This document shows positions 38,252 to 48,189 of a DNA stretch of 60,933 nucleotides, in pieces (position 1 is the first letter of the stretch; every line of letters starts with the position of its first letter). The notes under the pieces were generated by a model. The model searched no databases. It was not told where the DNA came from and was given only the letters and a program-made list of their open reading frames with translations. A program made the translations under genes and the position numbers. The DNA is taken from positions 1 through 60,933 of IMG/VR virus record IMGVR_UViG_3300051212_000930, one strand, 5' to 3'. The DNA comes from a virus. Its lineage: Duplodnaviria > Caudoviricetes.

Positions 38252-39080
38252 AGAAACCCCAATAGCGTATGCACCAGAGGCGATTAGTGATGTTATAAAC
38301 AAATACACAGATCATAAATCTTATGTTTTTGGTTACGGTTACCCGAATAAAAAATTAATACCAAAAACCGACATACTCCATTTACATAATATGGATAGAA
38401 ATTATAATTTTGGTAAAAAAGTAATACAGTATCATAGTGAACCTTTTAGAGTAACATTAGATGTAAAGACAAAAAAATTGGTAATAGCTCAGTATCACGC
38501 AACCTTACCTGAATATAATAATTGTACTGTTGTCAGAAATCCAATTGACATTTATGATATAAAATTTTTACCAAAATATCAAAACAAAAAAATAAGAATC
38601 GGTTATTCCCCATCAACACTTAGGCCGTTATCAATTTGGGCGGATAAAGGATATGCAGAAACATACCCCATTTTACAAAAAATAAAATCTAAATACGGAA
38701 ACTCCGTTGAAGTCGACATAATTGTAAATGTTCCATTAGATGAATGTTTAAGACGGAAATCTTTATGCAATATTTTTATTGATGAAGTTAAAACAATATC
38801 ATACCATAGGTCTGGATTGGAATCATTATCAATGGGTATACCAACAATATGTTCTATTGGCCCAACAGTTGAAAGTTTATTGTTAAAATCTTCGAATGCG
38901 ACAACTAATCCATTTATTAATGTAAATCATAACCAATTAGAAAAAAAACTAGTGGAGTTAATTAATTTAGGTTTAAATGGTTTATTGGAAATTGGTTACA
39001 ATAGTAGACTTTGGATGGAAAAACATTGGTCACCAGATACCATTGCAAACGAATATATTGAAATATATAAAAAAATTTAA
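38232..39080 (+). CDS. Glycosyltransferase (GT-B-like)
   Basis: IGYSPS...KG...IFID......SGLESLSMGIP. Confidence 0.65.
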   Translation: MIIAHFKETPIAYAPEAISDVINKYTDHKSYVFGYGYPNKKLIPKTDILHLHNMDRNYNFGKKVIQYHSEPFRVTLDVKTKKLVIAQYHATLPEYNNCTVVRNPIDIYDIKFLPKYQNKKIRIGYSPSTLRPLSIWADKGYAETYPILQKIKSKYGNSVEVDIIVNVPLDECLRRKSLCNIFIDEVKTISYHRSGLESLSMGIPTICSIGPTVESLLLKSSNATTNPFINVNHNQLEKKLVELINLGLNGLLEIGYNSRLWMEKHWSPDTIANEYIEIYKKI

Positions 39081-39081
39081 A

Positions 39082-39741
39082 ATGAAAAAATATTCAGTTA
39101 TAATACCAACAATGTGGATGTCTAGCCATTTATTTAAAATGTTAGATATTTATGAGGAAAATAATTTAATAGAAGAGGTTATACTTATAGATAATGCACC
39201 AGAAAAAAATGTAGCACTACCAAAACAAATAAGTAAATTAAAGTTACATACTAAAGGTAAAAATATATATGTTAACCCATCGTGGAATTTTGGTGTTTCG
39301 ATAGCAATAAGTGATTATATTATAATCGCCAATGATGATATATTATTTAATAAAAAAGATTTTAATGATTTGCTAAATAAATCATTTGAATTTTTAAATG
39401 AAAATACCATAATTGGGCCATCAATGTATTGTTTTAAACAAAATGGCCTGGTTAAATATGATTTAAAAATCGAAAAAACCGATAGTCAATTTACTTATGG
39501 GTTTGGAACTTTTATGATAATGAAAAAGGAATCTTACACGATAATACCAGATGATATTTTAATATTTCATGGGGACGTAATTCAACATAAAACAAATGAG
39601 GTATTTTTATTTAGCGGCATTGAAATTGATACTCCCATGAGTGTTACGCTTAAAAGCGACCCACAAATACACAATTTAGCTAGATTAGATCACGCTAAAT
39701 CATTAAAATATGATGTTAAAAAATTAATTAAATTTAAATAA
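39082..39741 (+). CDS. Glycosyltransferase family 2
   Basis: YSVIIPT, LIDN, WNFGV, IANDD. Start moved from 38977 to ATG 39082. Confidence 0.75.
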   Translation: MKKYSVIIPTMWMSSHLFKMLDIYEENNLIEEVILIDNAPEKNVALPKQISKLKLHTKGKNIYVNPSWNFGVSIAISDYIIIANDDILFNKKDFNDLLNKSFEFLNENTIIGPSMYCFKQNGLVKYDLKIEKTDSQFTYGFGTFMIMKKESYTIIPDDILIFHGDVIQHKTNEVFLFSGIEIDTPMSVTLKSDPQIHNLARLDHAKSLKYDVKKLIKFK

Positions 39742-40386
39742 ATGGCAAACGGAATTTACAAAATAACAGAAGAATTTGAAAAAGCACTATCTGACTATAC
39801 AGGTGCCCCATATGTAATTACTGTGGACAATCAGTCAAACGCGTTGTTTTTGGCGTTATACTATGAAAAAAACATAAAAAAATCTATTATTTCGGAGTAT
39901 ATTGGAATCCCTTCAAGAACCTATCCTTCAGTTCCATGTGAAATTATCCATGCTGGACTTAAAGTACTTTTTGATAAAGTAGAAGGTAATACTTTAAAGG
40001 GCGCTTACGAATTAAGAGGTAGTAATGTATGGGATTCGGCATTAAGATTCACATCTGAAATGTATATGCCTGGTACACATATGTGTATTTCTTTTACGGG
40101 CCCATATAAACACTTTAAACTAAGTAAGGGGGGCGCCATCTTAACCGATAGTCATGAGGCTTATTTATGGTTTAAAAGGGCTAGGTATAGCGGTAGAAGA
40201 GAATGTTCTTACCACGATGATCATTTTGATATGCTTGGTTGGAATTTTTACATGATGCCAGAACTAGCAGCGCGTGGAATGTTGTTAATGAACCAATTTT
40301 ACAATATTGATGGCACCAAGAAAAAAAATGAAGATTTAGAATTACCTTATCCAGATTTATCAAAATTTGATATTTATAAAAAATGA
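39742..40386 (+). CDS. DegT/DnrJ/EryC1/StrS PLP aminotransferase, short form
   Basis: FEKALSDYTGAPY, ALFLAL, TYPSVP..I..AG, DSA, SF..PYKH...GGAILTD, GWN.YM. Confidence 0.8.
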   Translation: MANGIYKITEEFEKALSDYTGAPYVITVDNQSNALFLALYYEKNIKKSIISEYIGIPSRTYPSVPCEIIHAGLKVLFDKVEGNTLKGAYELRGSNVWDSALRFTSEMYMPGTHMCISFTGPYKHFKLSKGGAILTDSHEAYLWFKRARYSGRRECSYHDDHFDMLGWNFYMMPELAARGMLLMNQFYNIDGTKKKNEDLELPYPDLSKFDIYKK

Positions 40387-41105
40387 AACACATAGTTGTC
40401 TTTTTAGCCTATGAGAATTTTGATATGATTAAAAAATCATTTAATTCTTTAAAAAATTCAAATTCTGATTTTTTCATAATAGAGAATTTTTCTAAAAATT
40501 CAAATAGTATAAAAGAATTTTTTATAAAAGAAAAATTAATTGGGTATATTCAATTTTTAGATAACGCCAGAGCTAATGCTGTAAATATTTTTATTGAAAA
40601 ATATTACGATTTATTATCTCAGTATGATTACGTAACAATAACTGATGGTGATTTATTTATATATGATATAGCAGATACATTTAAAGAAATAATTTTATCA
40701 TTTAACGATATTAATTGTTATGTTTGTGGTGTTACATTGTATAAGGGTAATAATTATGAAAATAACCCCAACAGAATTATTGGTACTGAACATTATGTTG
40801 AACACATGTTGAGTAAGTCTGAACATAAAATAGGGCCGATAAAAGGTAGAACAGGTAATCATTTATTAACTTTTAACAAAAAAAGCCTAAATGTTATTAA
40901 AGATGTACATTATATTGATTCAAATATTTTTTTAAAAATAAAAAATTTGGGCGGGTCTTGTTATAGAACAACAAAAAATTTAGCTTATCATTTAACTTGG
41001 GATTTATATTTTGACGGTAACCCATATTACGAAAATAAAAAAAATAATTTAAAAGAAATTTGGGCTAAATCAAATGATAATTTTATGTATAATCAAATCA
41101 TATGA
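40383..41105 (+). CDS. Putative glycosyltransferase (GT-A-like)
   Basis: IIEN.S, ITDGD (DxD), late H..W; located in the sugar operon. Confidence 0.5.
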   Translation: MKHIVVFLAYENFDMIKKSFNSLKNSNSDFFIIENFSKNSNSIKEFFIKEKLIGYIQFLDNARANAVNIFIEKYYDLLSQYDYVTITDGDLFIYDIADTFKEIILSFNDINCYVCGVTLYKGNNYENNPNRIIGTEHYVEHMLSKSEHKIGPIKGRTGNHLLTFNKKSLNVIKDVHYIDSNIFLKIKNLGGSCYRTTKNLAYHLTWDLYFDGNPYYENKKNNLKEIWAKSNDNFMYNQII

Positions 41106-41689
41106 AAAAGGCGTTAATAGGTGCTGGTGGCTTTGCACGTGAAATTAAAGCCCACATTGGGGACGAATCAATGATATGTTTTGTTGATGATAATTATTAT
41201 ATGGGTGATATTCATACATTACCCCTAAGCCAATTTGACCCAAATGAGTATGAGGTGTTAATTGCTATTGGAGATCCACGCGCAAGGTATGAGGTATATA
41301 GTCGATTACCTAAAGAAACTAAATATTTTACGCATATTGATAAACGAGCTATTATATTGGACAGTGATGTTGAAATCGGTGAGGGTAGTATTGTTTGTGC
41401 GGGTTGTATATTAACGACAAATATTAAAATAGGTAGACACGCTCACTTAAATCTACAAACGACAATTGGACATGACACAATTATCGGTGATTTTTTTACA
41501 ACAGCGCCTGGTGCAAAAGTATCGGGTAATTGTACAATATATGATTTAGTGTATATCGGTACAAACGCATCTATTAGAGAAAAAATAACAATTCATAGTT
41601 TAGCGACAATAGGTTTAAATGCTGGTGTTGTAAAAGACATAATTGAGCCAGGTGTTTATGGTGGGACACCATGTAAAAAAATTAAATAA
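41102..41689 (+). CDS. NeuD/PglD-type sugar acetyltransferase (hexapeptide repeat)
   Basis: IGAGGFARE, IAIGDP..R, IGHD, left-handed beta-helix repeats, GGTP. Confidence 0.9.
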   Translation: MKKALIGAGGFAREIKAHIGDESMICFVDDNYYMGDIHTLPLSQFDPNEYEVLIAIGDPRARYEVYSRLPKETKYFTHIDKRAIILDSDVEIGEGSIVCAGCILTTNIKIGRHAHLNLQTTIGHDTIIGDFFTTAPGAKVSGNCTIYDLVYIGTNASIREKITIHSLATIGLNAGVVKDIIEPGVYGGTPCKKIK

Positions 41690-41690
41690 T

Positions 41691-42305
41691 ATGCAAAATA
41701 CAATAGAATCTTTAAATTTAATTAAAAAAATATCAGATGAAATTAATAATATGACATTTCATCATCATTATTATATTTTATATGATGTGGCTAAAGAATT
41801 TGGAACCGCACCAATTAACTATGTTGAAATAGGCTGTTATGCTGGGGGCTCCGCTTGTCTTATGTTACAAAGACCAAATACCAACGTAATTAGTATTGAT
41901 TTAGGCATACCAATTAGTTCAGATATAGTTAAAGAAAATGTAAAAAAATTAAATATTTTAAATAACCATTACAATTACATACAAGGTAACTCACAAAAAA
42001 TTCAAACCGTTAATGAATTAAAAAACTTAATTCAATCAATTGATATTTTATTCATCGATGGTGATCATAGTTACAACGGTGTTATTAACGATTTTAATTT
42101 GTATTCTAAAATGGTAAAACCAGGTGGTTATATTGTTTTTGACGATTACAATGACAAACAACATAGTCCTCAAGTTAAAGTAGCTGTTGATGATTTATTA
42201 AAAAATAACTACGAGTATGAAATATTTGGTACGTTACCAAATGTTTTTGGCGCCAGGCCTAGTGAATTAAAAGAGGGTAATTGTTTTATAATTAAAAAAA
42301 AATAA
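41691..42305 (+). CDS. Class I SAM-dependent methyltransferase (Methyltransf_24-like)
   Basis: VEIGCYAGGS, IDILFIDGDHSY, KPGGYIVFDDY. Start moved to ATG 41691. Confidence 0.85.
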   Translation: MQNTIESLNLIKKISDEINNMTFHHHYYILYDVAKEFGTAPINYVEIGCYAGGSACLMLQRPNTNVISIDLGIPISSDIVKENVKKLNILNNHYNYIQGNSQKIQTVNELKNLIQSIDILFIDGDHSYNGVINDFNLYSKMVKPGGYIVFDDYNDKQHSPQVKVAVDDLLKNNYEYEIFGTLPNVFGARPSELKEGNCFIIKKK

Positions 42306-42306
42306 T

Positions 42307-42987
42307 ATGTTAGCCATTGTTATAGCCACATATCAAAGAAATGATGGCACCACACCAAATCATTTAACCAAAGCGCTAACCTCAATTAAAAACCAAACAT
42401 ATCAAAAGTACACTGTATTTTTAATTGGTGATCATTACGATGACAATGATGAATTTGTAAAATTAGCGACATCAATAATTGATTCCGATAAAATTGTATT
42501 TGTAAATTTACCAAATGCCGTTGAACGAAAAAAATATCCATTTGGTGATAAGCGCCTATGGTCATCTGGTGGCGTAAATGCGGTTAATTTTGGTATTAAG
42601 CTTGCTTTGGAACAAAATTATAGTTATATTTGTAGACTAGATCACGATGACTGGTGGGCGCCAGAACATTTGGATTTAATAAAAGATAAATTAAACGAAA
42701 ACCATTTAATAATTGCAACAAAAGGTGTACATTTTACAAAACAAATATTACCTGTGAAAGATAAAAACCCATTTTATCCACGAAGTTCCGATTTAATACA
42801 CTCATCTGTTTGTGTAAATTTTAGAGAAACACCGTTAAGATATCGTGATGTTTTTGCTGAAGAGGGTACCATTTATGCAGCTGACGCTGATTTATGGAAT
42901 CGAATGTCGGATTATATGGTAAAAAACAATAAAACGGGTTATTTAATAAACAAGGTAACGTGTTATCATAGTAATGAAAGAAAGTAA
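42307..42987 (+). CDS. Glycosyltransferase family 2
   Basis: IVIATY, SIKNQTY, RLDHDD.W...HL, DADLW. Confidence 0.8.
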   Translation: MLAIVIATYQRNDGTTPNHLTKALTSIKNQTYQKYTVFLIGDHYDDNDEFVKLATSIIDSDKIVFVNLPNAVERKKYPFGDKRLWSSGGVNAVNFGIKLALEQNYSYICRLDHDDWWAPEHLDLIKDKLNENHLIIATKGVHFTKQILPVKDKNPFYPRSSDLIHSSVCVNFRETPLRYRDVFAEEGTIYAADADLWNRMSDYMVKNNKTGYLINKVTCYHSNERK

Positions 42988-43829
42988 TGGCTACAAAAAT
43001 TATCGCAGAAATAGGAATTAATCACAATGGTGATATGGAAATCGCTAAACAACTTATTGTGGTAGCAAAAGCCGCTGGGTGTGATTATGTGAAATTCCAG
43101 AAGAGGAATCCAGATGTGTGTGTCCCAGAAGATCAAAAAAGTAAAATTCGTCAAACACCTTGGGGTGAAATGACATATTTGGAGTATAAATGGAGAACCG
43201 AATTTAATTATGAGCAATATTGTGAAATTGACGAATTTTGTCATCAAATAGGTATTAAATGGTTTGTATCCGTTTGGGATAAAAGTAGTGTAGATTTTAT
43301 GGATATTTTCAAAAGACTGGGTAAAGCATATGATGGCACCATGAAAATACCGTCAGCTTTAATCACCGATTTAGAACTTTGTAAATACGCTAGAGCAAAC
43401 TGTGATAAGTTAATAATTTCAACTGGAATGAGTACTGAAAATGAAATCAAATCTTGTGTTAATGTTTGTCACCCAGACGTTATTATGCATACTAATTCAA
43501 CATATCCGTGCCCAGTAGAAGAATTAAACCTTAATTATATCAATTGGCTTAAAAGTTGGTATTTTGGCGCTGACATTGGTTATAGTGGTCACGAATACGG
43601 TTTAGTAACAACATTTGCAACTATTTCAATGGGGGTTACTTGGATTGAAAGACACATCACTTTAGATAGAAATATGTGGGGTTCTGACCAATCTGCTTCA
43701 ATAGAACCATCTGGACTTTTTAAATTGGTTAAAGGTGTCCGCGACATAGAAGCTGCATTAAGTATACCAATGAAACCGAGAGAAGTTTTAGGTGGTGAAT
43801 TAATCAAACAAAAAACTTTAAGAAAATAA
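42987..43829 (+). CDS. neuB: Nonulosonic acid (Neu5Ac/KDN-9-P type) synthase, lacking C-terminal SAF domain
   Basis: IIAEIGINHNGD, VKFQKR, KIPSA, ISTGMS, HTNSTYP, GYSGHE, IERHITLDR.MWGSDQ.AS.EP. Confidence 0.92.
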   Translation: MATKIIAEIGINHNGDMEIAKQLIVVAKAAGCDYVKFQKRNPDVCVPEDQKSKIRQTPWGEMTYLEYKWRTEFNYEQYCEIDEFCHQIGIKWFVSVWDKSSVDFMDIFKRLGKAYDGTMKIPSALITDLELCKYARANCDKLIISTGMSTENEIKSCVNVCHPDVIMHTNSTYPCPVEELNLNYINWLKSWYFGADIGYSGHEYGLVTTFATISMGVTWIERHITLDRNMWGSDQSASIEPSGLFKLVKGVRDIEAALSIPMKPREVLGGELIKQKTLRK

Positions 43830-44155
43830 TGAATATTTACGTAGACGTGGATAACACAATAACGGAAACTTCTGGTATGGATTATCAAAATGCCAAACCA
43901 ATATACTCAAAAATATTAATAATAAATAAACTTTATGATAGTGGTCATACAATAACTTATTGGACTGCCAGAGGATCTGTATCTGGAATTGATCATTATA
44001 GCCTAACAAAAAATCAATTAGATAGTTGGGGTGTAAAATACCACAATTTTATGGTTGGAAAGCCAGCGTTTGATCTTTTAATTGACGATAAAACAATAAA
44101 TAACATTAACGAAAACCTTTTTACATGGGTAACCAAAGAAGAAGAAAAAAACTAA
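43829..44155 (+). CDS. Small HAD-superfamily phosphatase
   Basis: VDVDNTI (DxD), WTARG, GKP..D..IDDK. Confidence 0.8.
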   Translation: MNIYVDVDNTITETSGMDYQNAKPIYSKILIINKLYDSGHTITYWTARGSVSGIDHYSLTKNQLDSWGVKYHNFMVGKPAFDLLIDDKTINNINENLFTWVTKEEEKN

Positions 44156-44862
44156 CACCAGAAGAAGAATTAGAAGCTCTTGAAGCTATTAATCGAGGGC
44201 ATTCTGGTAACATATTTGATAAAATCAAAATCGATATTAAATCAAAAACACCGAATCAAAAAAAATTGGTGAATGAAATAAAAGCAAAAGAAATAGTAAT
44301 ATGTTCTGGCTTACCTGGTACAGGTAAAACTTTTTTATCTTGTGCGGTTGCACTAGAATTATTGAAAAATGACCCGAGATATAAAAAAATTGTAATTGTA
44401 AAATCTGTAACAACTTTAAAAGACGAGGAAATTGGGTTCTTAAAAGGTACTATGAAAGAAAAAATGGAACCGTTTATGTATTCTTTTATGCATAATTTTG
44501 AAAAAGTAATCGGTAAATACAATGTCGAAGCTTTAAGAAATGCGGGTATGATCGAAGAGCTACCAATAGCTTACATGAGGGGTATTAATATTGATAATTC
44601 AATTACAATTATTGACGAGGCCCAAAACATATCAATAGATAATATTAGAACAATAATGACCAGACTTGGTGAAAATTCAAAAATGATATTTTTGGGGGAT
44701 GAAAACCAAATTGACATGAAGAAAAAATCTGAAAGCTCATTAAATTTCATTATAAACAAATTTAAAGACTTTGATGAGGTTGGTACAATTACCTTAGGTG
44801 AAGAAGACGTTGTTAGAAATCCTTTAATTAAGAAAATCGAACAGATTTTCAGAGAAAAGTAA
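44125..44862 (+). CDS. phoH: PhoH-family ATPase
   Basis: GLPGTGKT, IGFLKG...EK..P, YMRG, IIDEAQN, TRLGE.SK...GD..QID, VVRNPL. Confidence 0.95.
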   Translation: MGNQRRRKKLTPEEELEALEAINRGHSGNIFDKIKIDIKSKTPNQKKLVNEIKAKEIVICSGLPGTGKTFLSCAVALELLKNDPRYKKIVIVKSVTTLKDEEIGFLKGTMKEKMEPFMYSFMHNFEKVIGKYNVEALRNAGMIEELPIAYMRGINIDNSITIIDEAQNISIDNIRTIMTRLGENSKMIFLGDENQIDMKKKSESSLNFIINKFKDFDEVGTITLGEEDVVRNPLIKKIEQIFREK

Positions 44863-44920
44863 AATAGGGTTTACTTTAGACCATTTAATCATAGATTTAT
44901 GTTAATTAAACATATATTTT

Positions 44921-45559
44921 ATGATTATTGGTATTACAATCAATAATATTATTAGAGATCACATTAGTCAGTTAAAAAAAGCCTATACCCTTTTAACGGA
45001 AGAGGACTGCCTCGAACCCATCAACCCATATGATCTTGAATCATCTTTCCCAAATCGAGTTTCAACCGAAATAGTCCAGGAATTTGATGTGACTAAAGAA
45101 TCGGTGGAAGACTTACCATTAAATGAGGTAAATGAAGAATTTAACGTCTATGAGTTTATGTATCATGAGGCATCTTTTGAGATATTTGGTAGATCCGAAG
45201 AAACAATAGATGGTGTGGTTCGAAAACTAAAAGACTACGAAAAAAAGTTAAAAGTTAAAATTGTTCTAGTAAACAAAGAATCCCCCAGATCAAAATGTGC
45301 TACATTATTTTTCTTATCAAAAAATGGGTTTGATTTTGATACGATTTATTTCCCAAAAGACGACAAAGGATATTGGGATAATGTTGATGTGCTAATAACA
45401 GATAACCCTAAGATATTAAAGAAAAAACCAAAAAATAAAATATCAATTAAAGTTAATAATAATTTTAACATTGACATAAAGTCAGATTTTACTATAATTG
45501 ATCTAAATGATTTTAAAAATTTGAAAAGAATAATAAAAACAATAAAAGAAAAAGTTTAA
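44921..45559 (+). CDS. HAD-like 5'(3')-nucleotidase homolog, degenerate
   Basis: IGITINNIIRD in place of IGID.D/N; ATLFFLSK, DVLITDNP. Confidence 0.55.
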   Translation: MIIGITINNIIRDHISQLKKAYTLLTEEDCLEPINPYDLESSFPNRVSTEIVQEFDVTKESVEDLPLNEVNEEFNVYEFMYHEASFEIFGRSEETIDGVVRKLKDYEKKLKVKIVLVNKESPRSKCATLFFLSKNGFDFDTIYFPKDDKGYWDNVDVLITDNPKILKKKPKNKISIKVNNNFNIDIKSDFTIIDLNDFKNLKRIIKTIKEKV

Positions 45560-45560
45560 A

Positions 45561-46637
45561 ATGGAAAAAATAAACGAGACATTAAAGAACATCGAAAGTG
45601 CGATTGAAAAAGTTAAAAACAAAGAAAGTAAAATCGTATTTTTATCACCAGACACAAAAGGTACGGCCAGAGCTAGCGTGTCGTATATTTACCGACAAGC
45701 GTTAATATTAAAAAATGCTGGCTACACAATTAACATATTACACGAAAAAAACGATTACATCAAAGTCGGTAGTTGGTTAGGTGAGGAATATGATGAGCTA
45801 GAACATAAATCAATCGAAAATAACGATTTAACTGTTGGGCCTCAAGATATTATTGTGGTACCCGAAATATATGGTAATGTTTTTGAACAAATATTACAAT
45901 TACCAGTTCAAAAAGTTATATTAACGCAATCTTATGATTATTTATTAGATAGTTTTTCACCTGGTAAATCTTGGTTAGATTTTGATGTTATGACTTGTTT
46001 GACAACATCAAAAACATTATCTGATGCCATAAGCGAACTAGTACCTTCAAGTAGTATTGAGTTTGTTAATCCTGGTATTGCCGAATGTTTTTCACCGAGT
46101 GAAAAACCACAAATGCCAGTTATTGCAATTCATTGTAGAGATCAAAGAAAAGCGGCAAAAATAATTAAAACTTTTTATTTAAAATATCCGCTATATCGCT
46201 TTATTTCGTTTAAAGATATGCACGGAATGACTGAAAGTGATTTCGCAAAAAATTTAAAAGAATGTGCGTTATCTGTTTGGGTCGATGATGATAGTACTTT
46301 TGGCACATTTCCAGTTGAATCTATGAAATGTAACGTTCCCGTTATTGGTAAAGTACCTAATATAATTCCAGAATGGATGAATGATGATAATGGTATTTGG
46401 GTTTACGATGAAAACCAAATTGCGGATTTAGCATTTAACTATATTAAAAATTGGATGGAAGATAGTTTACCAGAAAACCTATTAAAAGTAAGTGAAACTG
46501 TTGATGGTAAATATACTATGGAATCATTTGAAAAAGCAACAATCGAAGTCTACAACACAATGTTTGAGAATTGTTTGGCTAGACTTAATAGAATAAAAGA
46601 AACCTTTGAAAAAACACTAGAAACTAATGAAAACTAA
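45561..46637 (+). CDS. Glycosyltransferase (GT-B)
   Basis: DIIVVPE, FGTFPVESMKCNVPVIG (FG.P.EAM motif). Confidence 0.75.
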   Translation: MEKINETLKNIESAIEKVKNKESKIVFLSPDTKGTARASVSYIYRQALILKNAGYTINILHEKNDYIKVGSWLGEEYDELEHKSIENNDLTVGPQDIIVVPEIYGNVFEQILQLPVQKVILTQSYDYLLDSFSPGKSWLDFDVMTCLTTSKTLSDAISELVPSSSIEFVNPGIAECFSPSEKPQMPVIAIHCRDQRKAAKIIKTFYLKYPLYRFISFKDMHGMTESDFAKNLKECALSVWVDDDSTFGTFPVESMKCNVPVIGKVPNIIPEWMNDDNGIWVYDENQIADLAFNYIKNWMEDSLPENLLKVSETVDGKYTMESFEKATIEVYNTMFENCLARLNRIKETFEKTLETNEN

Positions 46638-47451
46638 TATAGACTTAACAGTTGTTATCCCAGTACACTCCGTTGCGGATGAAAAATTTAATGAATTATT
46701 AAGCGGTGCTTTAAATAGTATCGAGAACAATAACATACACCCATCAAATGTGATGATTGTTAGATGTGGATGTTCTGAGGTTAAAGAGGTTTTGAAAGAC
46801 TTTGATTTTTCAAAATATTCTTTCCACGTGACATTACTTGAAAATAAAACAGGTAAATCATTTCAAAACCAAATAAATGAAGCTGCAAAAAATATCGAAA
46901 CAAAATATTTTAGCTTTTTAGAATTTGATGATGAATATTCGGTTAATTGGTTCAAGAACGTTAAAAAATATACAGAGGCGTATCCCGAAATTGACATGTT
47001 TTTACCAATCATAACTGATGTTACTAATGAAAATAACTTCGTTGGCTTTACTAATGAAGCCGCTTGGGCATACAACTTTTCAGATACTTTAGGACAAATC
47101 GATCATGAAGTTTTAAATGAGTTCCCTAATATTAATCCAGATGGTATGGTGGTTAAAACCGAAGTCTTTAAATCGGTTGGTGGTTATAAGCCATCAATTA
47201 AACTAACATTTAATTATGAGTTTTTATTGAGATTTACAAATGGCGGTAGAAATATTATGGTTATACCCAAAATTGGTTATAAACATGTTAATATGCGACC
47301 AGGCTCTTTATTTTGGGAATATAAAAATAGTGAAATTCCAGAAATGAGAATTACCCCCGAAGAAGCTAAATTTTGGATGGAGGCTGCTAAAAAAGAATTT
47401 TTTTATACTGAAGATAGACCAATAATATACGAAGAAAATGAAACAGCCTAA
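46627..47451 (+). CDS. Glycosyltransferase family 2
   Basis: TVVIPVH, FLEFDDEY, VGGY, YEFLLR. Confidence 0.8.
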   Translation: MKTNIDLTVVIPVHSVADEKFNELLSGALNSIENNNIHPSNVMIVRCGCSEVKEVLKDFDFSKYSFHVTLLENKTGKSFQNQINEAAKNIETKYFSFLEFDDEYSVNWFKNVKKYTEAYPEIDMFLPIITDVTNENNFVGFTNEAAWAYNFSDTLGQIDHEVLNEFPNINPDGMVVKTEVFKSVGGYKPSIKLTFNYEFLLRFTNGGRNIMVIPKIGYKHVNMRPGSLFWEYKNSEIPEMRITPEEAKFWMEAAKKEFFYTEDRPIIYEENETA

Positions 47452-47453
47452 AA

Positions 47454-48167
47454 ATGTCAAGAAAGAAAAAAGACCGCAATTATTATGGTGCAGATCAAGA
47501 ATCGGCGGTTGTTGCTTTCTTGAATGCTAAGACGGTAGCGGAGAAAGAAAAAATTTATCGTGAGTTTTTACAAGAACCGATCAATAAAATGATCGAAAGT
47601 ATTATTAGAACTTATAAATTATATCGACAATCATACGAATTTAACGATTTACACGCAGATACCTTGTCATTCTTAATGACAAAGTTTGACAAATTTAATC
47701 CCGAAAAGGGTAATAAATCATTTTCATATTTTGGTACTGTTTGCAAAAACTATCTTTATAACGAAATGATGAAGGAGTACAAAAAAAGTACTTCGTTCAC
47801 AAATATTGACGATAGTGAACAAGATTTTTTAAAAAGAGACGATTTATTGTATAGAATTGATGAGCAAGAAATTGATTTGTCAGATTTTATCGATAAATTA
47901 TGCTCCTCAATAAAAGAAGAACTTAAAAATGATAATTTAAATGAAAATGAATTTAAAGTTGGCCACTCCCTGGTTAAAATATTAGAAGATTGGAAAGAAT
48001 TATTCGCACAAAACGAAACTGGAAAAAACTCAACAAAATTCAATAAAAATTTAATTTTACTTTATATCAGAAATATGACTGGTTTAAATACAAAAGAAAT
48101 AAGAAACAGTATGAAAAGATATAAAAGTTTATATGGCTTATTTAAAGATAGATATTTAGATGAGTGA
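47454..48167 (+). CDS. Phage sigma factor for late transcription (T4 gp55-like)
   Basis: Region-2-like DL..DTL.FL..KFDKFNPEKGNKSFSYFGTVCKNYL; no canonical region 4. Confidence 0.75.
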   Translation: MSRKKKDRNYYGADQESAVVAFLNAKTVAEKEKIYREFLQEPINKMIESIIRTYKLYRQSYEFNDLHADTLSFLMTKFDKFNPEKGNKSFSYFGTVCKNYLYNEMMKEYKKSTSFTNIDDSEQDFLKRDDLLYRIDEQEIDLSDFIDKLCSSIKEELKNDNLNENEFKVGHSLVKILEDWKELFAQNETGKNSTKFNKNLILLYIRNMTGLNTKEIRNSMKRYKSLYGLFKDRYLDE

Positions 48168-48189
48168 TATTTATAGTTAAACAAATACT

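Noticed and set aside
31621-47451. Sugar cluster as bacterial chromosomal LPS/capsule locus (prophage boundary or chimera)
   Set aside because: Interleaved with phage-type dut, phoH and sigma, continuous with virion genes, and lacking flippase, polymerase, export genes or an integrase.
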